A stretch of DNA of 64,000 bases, from NCBI GenBank assembly GCA_902551155.1, contig CACDBG010000001.1, positions 4,532-68,531 on the forward strand, given 5' to 3'. Source of the stretch: an uncultured Verrucomicrobiota bacterium. GTDB taxonomy: Bacteria; Verrucomicrobiota; Verrucomicrobiia; Limisphaerales; UBA1100. Position 1 is the stretch's first letter; each line of letters begins with the position of its first letter. The notes under the pieces were generated by a model that worked only from the letters and a program-made list of their open reading frames with translations, was not told the DNA's origin and ran no database searches. Positions 10,079 to 19,494 of this stretch are shown here, piece after piece. The position numbers and the translations under genes are program-made.

Positions 10079-10323
10079 TTATAATCCTCTCTCCACGAAG
10101 TCAAATCTGCTCATCTATACAAAATAACACTAAAATATTAAAAATAAGAAAAATTTAGACAAATATGGTTAAATTGCCGTTTTTTCTGCGCGCCGAGTAG
10201 AAGATAAGAGTAAAAATCCCGCTAATTTGTCAACCCAAAGCCAATCTTGTGGATAATATTCCAATTTTACTGAAAATTGCGCTAATACCCTGTAACTTTG
10301 GCCTTTGATTTGCTGTTAATAAC

Positions 10324-12051
10324 GTGGGAAAAAGGAATATGTTAAGGGAGGCAAAAGCCAGATTCTATTTTGTTGGCGGCTTGGCGGTTATTGTCGCCTT
10401 GTTTGCATTGGGCTGTGCTGCCGCCAAGCATCGTGAGGCTGCTGATAAGGAGGTATATCAAATTTTGTCCGAACGTCATGAACATGTCTTCGGTCAGCCT
10501 CACAATTATTCCATAGATACTGAATATTCAAAACGCAAACCAACAGATGTGAATGGCAGTGAGCTGATCCTCGACCGTGCTCGGGGAAGCAAGGTGCGGC
10601 TAATCACGCTTCCTGAAGCATTGGAAATAGCAGTCAAATCGAATCGCTCTTATCAGGATAATCGCGAGGAACTATACAAGAAAGCTTTGAGCCTAACAGA
10701 AACCCGTCACAATTTTTCTTTCCAATTTACTAGTGCAAGTGCCGATATAGGAATAAAGCGAAATTCGGATGGAACACAGGATCCGGCTACATCTTCAGCC
10801 AATATTGGGTTAACCAAAAAAATCTGGAAAACCGGAGGCCAAATCACAGCTTCATTAGCTAATGATTTAGTGCTCTACATTAACGGTAAACCTAAAGTGC
10901 CTGATTTAACCTTAAAACTTACCCAGCCATTGTTGCGCGGTGCAGGGGCAGATGTTGCTGCAGAGCTTCTAAAGCTGGCCGAGCGTCAAGTGGTATATCA
11001 AGTGCGCGACTTTAGTCATTATCAGAAGACTTTCGCCCTGAACGTGGTCAATGATTACCTCGACCTTTTACAGCAAGCAGACAGTATGCGTATTTCCTAT
11101 AATAGTTATACGAACTCAATATTTTTCCGTACTGAAATAGAAGCCCGTGCGGATGCTGGTTTGTTAGCGGAGTTTGATGTCAAACAGGCCAAGAAAGATG
11201 AATACGACGCTAAGTTGAGCTATATTGGATCAACCAATTCTTTCCAGAATTCATTGGATAATTTCAAACAAGAACTTTCGCTGCCACAAGGAACATCGAT
11301 CCAGCTTGATTTTAAGGTTTTGGAGCAAATAAATAAGTTAGGGCTACCTCAGGTTCCTATTAATGATTTAACCGGGTACAGCATGGCTATCACTAACCGG
11401 CTCGATTTTCTTAATCATATTGACCGGTTTGAGGATGCCAAGCGCTCAGTTAAGGTTGCTCGAAATAGTTTACTTCCCGGTTTAACTTTTGAAGCTGAGG
11501 CCAAACTAAAGGATCAACTTTATGATTCCTTTGATCCGAATGAATACGACTCTACTATAAAACTGAAACTTGATCTTCCGATATCCAAAGTTAGTGAGCG
11601 CAATGCATATCGCAAAAGTATTATTACTTTTGAGAAGCAACTGCGTACTTTAGCAACTCAGCTCGACACTTTAAGGAAGGGGGTTCGAGCGGATGTCCGC
11701 AATCTTGCTCGTCAAAGAGCTTATTATTATACACAGCTTGCGAAGCAGAAAAACGCTGAGGAGAACTTACTGGCTACCCGAGAACGTTTACGGCTGGGGT
11801 TTCCGGGAGTACGTACTCAAGATATTATTAGAGCTCGAAACAGCCTTACTTCTGCCCAGCAGGCGGTATCTCGGGCGATTGTAGACTATCATAAAACCCG
11901 CTTGAAGCTTCGCAAAGACGTGGGTATTTTAGACACGACACAGGAAGAATTTTGGCTCAAGACCAATGCAACTTCAGGTGGACAACCTGACCCAGCCCCA
12001 GATCAACAGGACCAAGAGGTAATACCGCCAAATCAAATTTTAGGAGATTAA
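10324..12051 (+). CDS. TolC/NodT-family outer membrane efflux lipoprotein
   Basis: 575 aa with lipobox LFALGC near the N-terminus. It has the two-repeat coiled-coil/beta-barrel pattern typical of the OEP family and is the first gene of the efflux operon. GTG start; an alternative ATG is at 10339. Confidence 0.8.
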   Translation: MGKRNMLREAKARFYFVGGLAVIVALFALGCAAAKHREAADKEVYQILSERHEHVFGQPHNYSIDTEYSKRKPTDVNGSELILDRARGSKVRLITLPEALEIAVKSNRSYQDNREELYKKALSLTETRHNFSFQFTSASADIGIKRNSDGTQDPATSSANIGLTKKIWKTGGQITASLANDLVLYINGKPKVPDLTLKLTQPLLRGAGADVAAELLKLAERQVVYQVRDFSHYQKTFALNVVNDYLDLLQQADSMRISYNSYTNSIFFRTEIEARADAGLLAEFDVKQAKKDEYDAKLSYIGSTNSFQNSLDNFKQELSLPQGTSIQLDFKVLEQINKLGLPQVPINDLTGYSMAITNRLDFLNHIDRFEDAKRSVKVARNSLLPGLTFEAEAKLKDQLYDSFDPNEYDSTIKLKLDLPISKVSERNAYRKSIITFEKQLRTLATQLDTLRKGVRADVRNLARQRAYYYTQLAKQKNAEENLLATRERLRLGFPGVRTQDIIRARNSLTSAQQAVSRAIVDYHKTRLKLRKDVGILDTTQEEFWLKTNATSGGQPDPAPDQQDQEVIPPNQILGD

Positions 12052-12052
12052 T

Positions 12053-14452
12053 ATGAGAAAAAGAAACAGATCCAAAAAGGCTAATTCTGCGGCATCAGTT
12101 ACTAATCAACGGGGCAGAGGAGGCTTCGCGATTGCGAAACTGCTCGGCGTTTTGATTCTGTTCGGCGTTGTGGGTGGCGGGGTCTGGGGTGCTAAATATT
12201 ATCTCAATAAAGAGAAGGAAAAGGTTCGCAAGGAAGTTTATCATGTTGCCAATAAATCTGATTTTTTAGTTACAGTTCCGTTGACCGGCCAGTTGAAATC
12301 TACTGATGTAGAAGAGCTTAAGTGTGAATTGGAAGGTTCGACTACCATTGAAACGATTGTGGAAGAAGGGACTAAGGTAAAAGGCCCCGTCACCTATACT
12401 GTTAAATTGGAGGACTCAATAGAGTCCATATCAAAATATCATGATAAGGATCTACTTTGCATCAAGCAGCTGAATAAGGACCTTAAGCTGGACTGGGAAA
12501 AATTGGAGGCAGGTACGGAGATTCAAATCCCTGGCGACTTACTTGTTGAGCTGGACCCCTTAACTTTGAAAGAACGTATTAATTCCCAGGAGATTGCGGT
12601 ACAGCGTGCAGAAAACAATTTGATGCGTGCTAAGGGCAATAAGGAGACGCTCGTGCTTGCTTCGGAACTCGCTCTCAAGGTGGCTCAAAATAATTATACA
12701 AATGCTTTAATGGACCTGGATAAGTTAAAGAATAACACCATTGAGACATATATAACGAATACAGGAATTTCCATTAAGAATTTAGAGACTGACGTAGAGC
12801 TGGCGGAGAAAAATCTGACCGCCTATAACAGACTAAAGGAATTGGGGTTTGTATCTGATTTAGAGGTGCTCAAGGAAAAATCCAGAAGAGATAAGGCCTT
12901 ACATCAGATCAAGGTATTAAGAGACGATTTGGAGACCTATAAAAAGTATGATCAAAAATCTATGCTGAGCGCGAAAGAGCTGACGGTAGATGAGTGCGCG
13001 GTGCAGATAAAGAAACAGGAAGTTATGAATAAGGCCAACTCTGCAGATGCAGACTCCGATGTTTTGACTGCTGAGAAGACCTTGGAGCTAGAGCGGGAAA
13101 AATTGGAGGATCTTTTCGAGCAGATGGCAAATACTAAAATCTACGCGCCTCAGGATGGAACCGTTTTGTATTGGACTCACCGTTATGATCGAGGGGAGCC
13201 GATTATGGATGGAGCGAAAGTCTATAAGGGCAGAAATTTAATTAAGTTGCCCAAGAGTAAATCACTCAAGGTTGATATTAGTGTGCCACAGCTCAAACGT
13301 CCTCAGTTGAAAGTTGGGCAGAAGGCCTATGTTGAAGTTGAAGATATAAAGCTTCCGGGAACTTTATCTATGATCAGCACAACTGTGGATTCCAATCGCC
13401 GAGGGCACACTGATAAATCCTATTTTAAAGCCGAGGTTGCTATTGATAGCAGTAGTTTCCCTGACTCAGTTTCTGAAGGGATGAAGGTTAAAGTGGAAGT
13501 TGTGGTCATGAATCTTGTTGAGGAAGAGCGTTTGATTAAGTTGCCAAACCAGTGTGTGACCACTCGTATGATTAGTGAAGATACTCCAGAAACCGGATGC
13601 TGGGTGCTTAATGAAAAGACTGAAAAACATGAGTGGCGACCTGTGACTATAGAATATAGTGATGAAACCCATATTGCTATACGCGATTGGGCTTCTATCT
13701 TGGATATTACCGATAAACAAAAGGATAAATGGTGGCAGCAGCGCAATAAGGCAAAAAAAGCCCTAGATCAGTTGGCTGAAGAATTAGCGTCAGAAAAAGA
13801 AGCTCTGATGGTAAAGGCCCGTGAGGAAGTAAAGGATTTCTCTAGAGTGGAGCGGCAGGAAGCAATAAAAAATGCCAAGAAAAAAACCGATAAGGATATA
13901 CGAAAAAAACAGGAGGATGGCGCAGCAGAAATTATTGATGCGTTTCGCAAATCGGTCGAGGGATTCCTGTCGGAAAAGCAACTGGTGAAGTTTGATGAGG
14001 CCCCTAGTCAGCTCAAAACAGAGGGAAACAAAACAGAGGGAATTATGGTCTACTTTGATGGGCTAAGGGAGGGGGAGCGCGTCCATCTCTCACCTCTAAC
14101 TGAGGCGGACAATCTAAATCTCGATGAAGCTATTATGGGTAAGGGTTACATTGATCTGGAGACTCAAGCTCCCAAGAAAGCGGGCCTCAATGATCCTGTC
14201 AGTTTACTTGGGATTACAGAGGATCAAAAGCAGGATTGGTCAACTGCACAAGCTAAGGCGAAAAGTGCTAGGGCCAAGTTAATGGCGGGCCTAATGTCAA
14301 AAGAAATTACGAGGGATCAAATCCCAAGTGCTAGTGAAAAAATTCGAAATGACTTTCGAGAAGAAGTACAGAAGTTCCTTAACGAGGAACAAATGCAGAA
14401 GTTCGATCAGCAAATGAAGAAGGATTATAAAGTTCTCTTTCCGAAGCAGTAA
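12053..14452 (+). CDS. HlyD/MacA-family periplasmic adaptor (MFP) with LysM-like and LTXXQ-type insertions
   Basis: 799 aa with an N-terminal TM anchor (FAIAKLLGVLILFGVVGGGVWG) and long coiled-coil hairpins. It has the motif IYAPQDGTVLYW and beta-barrel segments. The ATG is 1 nt after the TolC stop. The extra modules are described in the findings. Confidence 0.8.
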   Translation: MRKRNRSKKANSAASVTNQRGRGGFAIAKLLGVLILFGVVGGGVWGAKYYLNKEKEKVRKEVYHVANKSDFLVTVPLTGQLKSTDVEELKCELEGSTTIETIVEEGTKVKGPVTYTVKLEDSIESISKYHDKDLLCIKQLNKDLKLDWEKLEAGTEIQIPGDLLVELDPLTLKERINSQEIAVQRAENNLMRAKGNKETLVLASELALKVAQNNYTNALMDLDKLKNNTIETYITNTGISIKNLETDVELAEKNLTAYNRLKELGFVSDLEVLKEKSRRDKALHQIKVLRDDLETYKKYDQKSMLSAKELTVDECAVQIKKQEVMNKANSADADSDVLTAEKTLELEREKLEDLFEQMANTKIYAPQDGTVLYWTHRYDRGEPIMDGAKVYKGRNLIKLPKSKSLKVDISVPQLKRPQLKVGQKAYVEVEDIKLPGTLSMISTTVDSNRRGHTDKSYFKAEVAIDSSSFPDSVSEGMKVKVEVVVMNLVEEERLIKLPNQCVTTRMISEDTPETGCWVLNEKTEKHEWRPVTIEYSDETHIAIRDWASILDITDKQKDKWWQQRNKAKKALDQLAEELASEKEALMVKAREEVKDFSRVERQEAIKNAKKKTDKDIRKKQEDGAAEIIDAFRKSVEGFLSEKQLVKFDEAPSQLKTEGNKTEGIMVYFDGLREGERVHLSPLTEADNLNLDEAIMGKGYIDLETQAPKKAGLNDPVSLLGITEDQKQDWSTAQAKAKSARAKLMAGLMSKEITRDQIPSASEKIRNDFREEVQKFLNEEQMQKFDQQMKKDYKVLFPKQ

Positions 14453-14473
14453 GCAAACGTTGTATTTTTTGGC

Positions 14474-15205
14474 ATGGCTGACCGGAACATCATTGAGATT
14501 CGGAATCTTACCAAGATATATGATCTGGGGGCCATTCAAGTGCCGGCACTCAATGGCCTCAATTTTGAAATTGAGGAAGGATCCTACACTGCCATCATGG
14601 GGCCTTCAGGCTCAGGAAAATCGACACTTCTAAATATTCTCGGATGTTTGGATCGACCTACCGCTGGTGCTTATATTCTGGGTAATGACGATGTGGCCCA
14701 TATGAGTGACAAGGAGCTCTCAGGTGTGAGGGGCGCGCGCATTGGATTCATTTTTCAATCCTATAATCTTATTCAGCAGTTAAACGTGATTGAGAATATT
14801 CACGTTCCTCTTTTTTATCAGGGTAAGGACATTAGTGACTACTATGACCACTGCGAAAAGTTGGCTCAAAAAGTTGGTTTGGGTGATCGATTGGATCATC
14901 GGCCCATGGAACTTTCTGGAGGACAACAACAGAGAGTGGCGGTGGCGCGGTCGTTGGTAAATGAGCCTTTGATGCTTTTGGCTGATGAACCCACTGGCAA
15001 CCTCGACTCCACTACAGAGCAGGAGATTCTGGATATACTCGATGAACTTCACGCAGAGGGTCGCACTCTAGTTGTGGTAACGCATGATGACGCGGTTGCT
15101 GAGCGGGCAAGTCGCGTCATTCACCTCAAGGATGGGCAAGTGGATAAGGATATCCGAAAACAAGATTCAGATCGAAAATCCGAGAACCAGTTTCAGGAAG
15201 CCTAA
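14474..15205 (+). CDS. ABC transporter ATP-binding protein, MacB/LolD type
   Basis: 243 aa with Walker [10 protein letters not shown], signature [15 protein letters not shown], and Walker [12 protein letters not shown]. Confidence 0.9.
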   Translation: MADRNIIEIRNLTKIYDLGAIQVPALNGLNFEIEEGSYTAIMGPSGSGKSTLLNILGCLDRPTAGAYILGNDDVAHMSDKELSGVRGARIGFIFQSYNLIQQLNVIENIHVPLFYQGKDISDYYDHCEKLAQKVGLGDRLDHRPMELSGGQQQRVAVARSLVNEPLMLLADEPTGNLDSTTEQEILDILDELHAEGRTLVVVTHDDAVAERASRVIHLKDGQVDKDIRKQDSDRKSENQFQEA

Positions 15206-15208
15206 ATC

Positions 15209-16510
15209 ATGCCCGGTTTTTCCATTCTCCGCCTGATTCAGGTTGGGTTCAGGAGTCTTCGTCTCCATAAGCTGCGAAGTGCCCTTACAATGTTGGGAAT
15301 GATTATTGGTGTCTGGGCAGTTATTCTATTGGTCGCCATTGGGGAAGGGGCAAGTCGAGAAGCACAGGAGGCGATTAAGGCACTGGGCGCTCAAAATGTC
15401 ATCATCCGGAGCATCAAGCCGATATCGGATAAAGTCCAATTGCAGGGTGAAATGCAGTGGGAGTCTATTTACGGACTTAAGAACTCTGATGCTGTGCGGA
15501 TTGAAAAAACGGTTCCTGGAGTAAAACGAGTTCTTCCAATCTTAAGGCACAGAAAAAATGTTACACATGAGCAACGAGACAAGGATTGTCAGTTGATCGG
15601 AACATTCCCTCATTATCCCCAGTTTACCCAATCACGTCTTGTAGCAGGGCAGTTTCTGAATGAAATGGAGGAGGCAAGGAAAGAAAATGCGTGTGTGTTA
15701 ACGATGAGTTTGGCTGGTTTTCTTTTTCCCGGGAAAAATCCTTTGGGGCAGGAAGTAATTGTTCGTGGTCGTGAATCTCACCAAATATTTCGAGTAAAGG
15801 GTATTTTAGAGGAACGTGCTGATTCAGAAAAGTTGCCACAACAGGCTGATGCAACTGGTCACACGATTTTGGCCAACGTTTATATTCCATTATCCACTTT
15901 CAAAGCTTTGTATGGCATCAAGGATATTGATTTAAGTGTGGGGAGTATATCGGTAAACACGGTTGAATTGAGCGAAATCCGGGTTGAATTTGGTTCGGTG
16001 GATGAGGTGGTTCCAGCTTTGCCATTGATTCGAGAGGCATTGGATAAAGTTCGTAAGGATAAGATCGACTATGAAATTCAAGTTCCCATTAATGAACTTA
16101 ATGCTCTGAAGGCCCAAAAAGCGCGAGATACTTGGCTGTTAATGTTGATTGCCTGCATATCTTTACTCGTAGGAGGTATTGGGATCATGAACATCATGCT
16201 TGCCACGGTGACTGAGCGTACACAGGAAATCGGAGTGCGTCGGGCTTTGGGGGCTACCCAGATTGATATCTCAGTCCAGTTTTTAGTTGAAACGCTCATA
16301 CTCTGTTTAATTGGTGGCACCATTGGGGTACTGGGAGGGTGCGGGAATGCAGCCTTTTTCCATTACATTCTTGATCATACCACGATCGTTACAGAGTGGT
16401 CTGTAGTCGTGGCTTTTGGGTTGGCAGTCGGAGTCGGTTTGACTTTTGGTCTTTACCCCGCATGGAGTGCGGCCCGCTTGGACCCGATTGAGGCTTTACG
16501 ACACTCTTGA
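15209..16510 (+). CDS. ABC transporter permease, MacB/FtsX family (paralog 1)
   Basis: 433 aa with MacB_PCD-like periplasmic domain between TM1 and TM2. The C-terminal FtsX region reads LLVGGIGIMNIMLATVTERTQEIGVRRALGAT. Confidence 0.85.
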   Translation: MPGFSILRLIQVGFRSLRLHKLRSALTMLGMIIGVWAVILLVAIGEGASREAQEAIKALGAQNVIIRSIKPISDKVQLQGEMQWESIYGLKNSDAVRIEKTVPGVKRVLPILRHRKNVTHEQRDKDCQLIGTFPHYPQFTQSRLVAGQFLNEMEEARKENACVLTMSLAGFLFPGKNPLGQEVIVRGRESHQIFRVKGILEERADSEKLPQQADATGHTILANVYIPLSTFKALYGIKDIDLSVGSISVNTVELSEIRVEFGSVDEVVPALPLIREALDKVRKDKIDYEIQVPINELNALKAQKARDTWLLMLIACISLLVGGIGIMNIMLATVTERTQEIGVRRALGATQIDISVQFLVETLILCLIGGTIGVLGGCGNAAFFHYILDHTTIVTEWSVVVAFGLAVGVGLTFGLYPAWSAARLDPIEALRHS

Positions 16511-17826
16511 AAATGTATGCATTAGCTCTCATCCGAATTTTTCAAGCTGGCTTAAAGAGTTTGCGACTACACAAGCTACGTAGTGCTCTCACCATGTTGG
16601 GTATGATTATTGGAGTGGGGGCAGTGATTGCGTTGGTGGCTATTGGTGAAGGGGCCAGTCACGATGCTCAAGAAGAGATTCGAGCACTTGGGGCCAAGAA
16701 TGTGATCATTCGCAGTATCAAGCCGCCTTCTATGCGCGAACAGATGCATGGAGATTGGGAAAGTTTTTTTCGCCGTTGGATGGCATTCTACGGACTAAAA
16801 CGAACTGACGCGACACGCATCAAGGACACAGTGCCAGGAGTGAGCCGTGTCCTTCCGATGCTGACCAAGCGAATGAGCGCGGTGCACGAACGTCGGGAAG
16901 TTGGTTGTCAATTGATTGGGACATTCCCCTACTATCCAGAGTTTACACAGGCCGAACTGGTGGCCGGGGAGTTTCTTAATGCTGCAGAAGAAAACACTAA
17001 GGCGTCAGCTTGTGTGATATCTTTATCCTTAGCTGAGCGTTTGTTCGCAGGGCATAATCCATTGGCAGAAGAAATTGTGGTACGTGGTTACGAATCCGAG
17101 CAGGTGTTTCAAGTGAAGGGAATTTTACGTGAAAGGGCGGATACTGAGAAATTACCGCAATTACCCGACTCTATGGGCCAAACGATTGCGGCAAATGTAT
17201 ATATTCCTTTATCCACCTTTAAGTCGTTATACGGAGAAAGAAATGTGGACCGTAGTGTAGGTAATCTCGTACTTGAAGCAGTAGAATTGTCGGAGATACG
17301 AGTCGAATTTGATACGGTTGAAGATGTATTGCCGGCTCTACCATTAATTGATGAGGCATTAAAGGCAGGCAGAGATGAACGTGATTTCGAAATCGTAGTA
17401 CCCATACAGGAAATGGTAGCGCTTCGAAACCAAAAGGCACGTGACACGAGAATGCTTTTGTATATTGCTTGCATCTCACTATTGGTTGGAGGGATCGGCA
17501 TCATGAATATTATGCTGGCGACTGTTACCGAGCGTACTCAGGAAATCGGGGTGCGTCGTGCGTTGGGTGCTACACGCTCAAATATTACCATACAGTTCCT
17601 CGTAGAGACCTTATTGCTTTGTCTTGTTGGTGGGGCAATCGGGGTTTCTGGTGGGTGGGCTTTTTCAGAGTTTCGCGAATTTTTAACGGGTGATTCAACC
17701 ATCGTAAAAGCATGGTCCGTGATAATGGCCTTTGGACTGTCGGTTGTAATCGGATTAGTTTTTGGTCTGTATCCGGCACGTAGAGCAGCGCATTTGGATC
17801 CTATTGAGGCTTTGCGCCATACTTAA
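16507..17826 (+). CDS. ABC transporter permease, MacB/FtsX family (paralog 2)
   Basis: 439 aa, collinear with and highly similar to the upstream permease (LRLHKLRSALTMLGMIIGV and LLVGGIGIMNIMLATVTERTQEIGVRRALGAT are identical). The TTG 16507 start overlaps the upstream TGA; an alternative ATG is at 16513. Confidence 0.85.
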   Translation: MKMYALALIRIFQAGLKSLRLHKLRSALTMLGMIIGVGAVIALVAIGEGASHDAQEEIRALGAKNVIIRSIKPPSMREQMHGDWESFFRRWMAFYGLKRTDATRIKDTVPGVSRVLPMLTKRMSAVHERREVGCQLIGTFPYYPEFTQAELVAGEFLNAAEENTKASACVISLSLAERLFAGHNPLAEEIVVRGYESEQVFQVKGILRERADTEKLPQLPDSMGQTIAANVYIPLSTFKSLYGERNVDRSVGNLVLEAVELSEIRVEFDTVEDVLPALPLIDEALKAGRDERDFEIVVPIQEMVALRNQKARDTRMLLYIACISLLVGGIGIMNIMLATVTERTQEIGVRRALGATRSNITIQFLVETLLLCLVGGAIGVSGGWAFSEFREFLTGDSTIVKAWSVIMAFGLSVVIGLVFGLYPARRAAHLDPIEALRHT

Positions 17827-17834
17827 TTGCCGTT

Positions 17835-17868
17835 GACCGACTAAGTCGGTTCCCGTAGCCTTTTTTTT
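17835..17868 (+). terminator. possible intrinsic terminator after the efflux operon
   Basis: Hairpin GACCGAC-TAA-GTCGGTT (17835-17851), then a T8 run at 17861-17868. The 9-nt spacer between stem and T tract is longer than ideal. Confidence 0.4.
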
Positions 17869-17883
17869 CACCCACTAATAACT

Positions 17884-18729
17884 ATGAGATTTGGTATTAA
17901 CACCTTTCTATTCACTTCGCCCTTCACCACCAAAAGTACGAGTCTTTTCCCCAAATTCAAGAAATGGGGATTTCAGACCATCGAAATCCCAATTGAAGCG
18001 CCTGAACATATTGACTCAGTTAAAGTTAAAAAAGCTCTGGACCGCAATGGTTTAGTTTGCGGTTCGGTTTGTGCCTGCATGGGGCCCGGACGTGATTTTC
18101 GTGGTAGTGCAAAGGATCAGAGAGAAGCGATGAAATATTGCAAAGCTCTGATTGACCATATGGTGAATTTGGGTTGTCCGTCATTAATTGGTCCAGTTTA
18201 TAGTGTAGTAGGTAAGGCAGATGCCGTGGAGCCCAAAGAGCAAAAGAGGGAATTTGCCCTTGTCGTAAAAAACCTGAAAGTGCTTGCTGCTTACGCTGAG
18301 AAGAAGGGTGTTCAGATTTGCGTTGAACCTCTCAATCGATTTGAAACAGATTTTCTTAATACTTGTGAAAAAGGCCTGCGCCTCATAAAGGCTGTTGGGA
18401 GTCCGGCATTAAAGCTGCATCTGGATACCTTCCACATGAATATTGAGGAAAAGAATCAGGCAGCCGCAATCCGCAAGGCAGGCAAACATCTTGGCCATTT
18501 TCATGCGTGCGGTAGTGATCGGGGCACTCCTGGAAACGATCACATTGATTGGGTGCCGATTGTTAAGGCGCTCAAAGGTATACGTTATAAAGGTGACATT
18601 GTGATCGAGAGTTTTACGACTGATGTAAAGGTGATTGCACGTGCAGCAGCAATTTGGAGACGAATGGAGCCTACGCGTGAAGAAATTGCTGTGAAGGGGC
18701 TGAAATTTTTGAAGAAAGCTTTTAAGTAA
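17884..18729 (+). CDS. sugar phosphate isomerase/epimerase (xylose isomerase-like TIM barrel; ketose 3-epimerase-like)
   Basis: 281 aa: MRFGINTFLFTSPF..., the metal-ligand context EPLNRFE, LDTFHMNIEE, HFHACGSDRGTPG, and ESFT. Confidence 0.8.
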   Translation: MRFGINTFLFTSPFTTKSTSLFPKFKKWGFQTIEIPIEAPEHIDSVKVKKALDRNGLVCGSVCACMGPGRDFRGSAKDQREAMKYCKALIDHMVNLGCPSLIGPVYSVVGKADAVEPKEQKREFALVVKNLKVLAAYAEKKGVQICVEPLNRFETDFLNTCEKGLRLIKAVGSPALKLHLDTFHMNIEEKNQAAAIRKAGKHLGHFHACGSDRGTPGNDHIDWVPIVKALKGIRYKGDIVIESFTTDVKVIARAAAIWRRMEPTREEIAVKGLKFLKKAFK

Positions 18730-18748
18730 ACCATCCAACTAATTATCC

Positions 18749-19450
18749 ATGAAAAAAGTAATCATTTTATTATTTGCCCTAGTAATCCTCTTGCCAGCAG
18801 AGCAAAAGGGTTTTCAATCCATCTTTGATGGAAAAACTCTGAAAGGCTGGAACGGAGATCCAACATTCTGGAGTGTTAAGGATGGTGCCATTACGGGCCA
18901 AACGACCAAGGCAAACCCGACCAAAGGCAACACCTTTATCATATGGGAAGGGGGAAAATTAAAAGATTTTATCCTGGAAGTGGATTTTAAAATAATAGGT
19001 GGCAATAGCGGCATTCAGTATCGTAGTTTCAAAAAATCAGGTAACAATGATGGCTGGCGTATTGGTGGGTATCAGGCGGATTTTGCCGCGGGAGCTGGAG
19101 GAGATCGTTATTCAGGCATTTGTTACGGGGAAGCATTTCGCGGTATTCTCTCCCTCCGGGGCGATAAGACCACACTGACTAAAGAGGGAGGTAAGTTAAA
19201 AAAGAAGGTAGAGAAAATCGGGGATGCGGCTGCTTTGGGTAAGCTGGTCAAAAAAGAAGATTGGAATACGTTTCGCATTGAAGCGAAAGGTTTTGAACTG
19301 ACCCATTATATTAATAATAAAAAAATGACGGTACTTGTTGATAATGACGAGAAAACACGCCGAGCTGACGGGTTGCTGGCATTCCAATTACATGCCGGTC
19401 CTCCAATGGTGGTTCAGTTTAAGAATATTCGCATAAAGCATTTAAATTAG
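18749..19450 (+). CDS. DUF1080 (3-keto-disaccharide hydrolase family) secreted protein
   Basis: 233 aa with a signal peptide. Contains FQSIFDGKTLKGWNGDPTFWSVKDGAITGQ, GNSGIQYRS, and LAFQLHAGPPMVVQFKNIRIK, all hallmark strings of DUF1080. Confidence 0.85.
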   Translation: MKKVIILLFALVILLPAEQKGFQSIFDGKTLKGWNGDPTFWSVKDGAITGQTTKANPTKGNTFIIWEGGKLKDFILEVDFKIIGGNSGIQYRSFKKSGNNDGWRIGGYQADFAAGAGGDRYSGICYGEAFRGILSLRGDKTTLTKEGGKLKKKVEKIGDAAALGKLVKKEDWNTFRIEAKGFELTHYINNKKMTVLVDNDEKTRRADGLLAFQLHAGPPMVVQFKNIRIKHLN

Positions 19451-19494
19451 TTGTAATTTAAGGTGCGAATAACCACGCGTCCTTATTGTTTTAT

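Noticed and set aside
10227-10257. TTGTCA ... GATAAT promoter-like pair upstream of the efflux operon
   Set aside because: The spacing is 19 nt (17 nt only to a poor TGGATA). I cannot support it without transcription start-site data.
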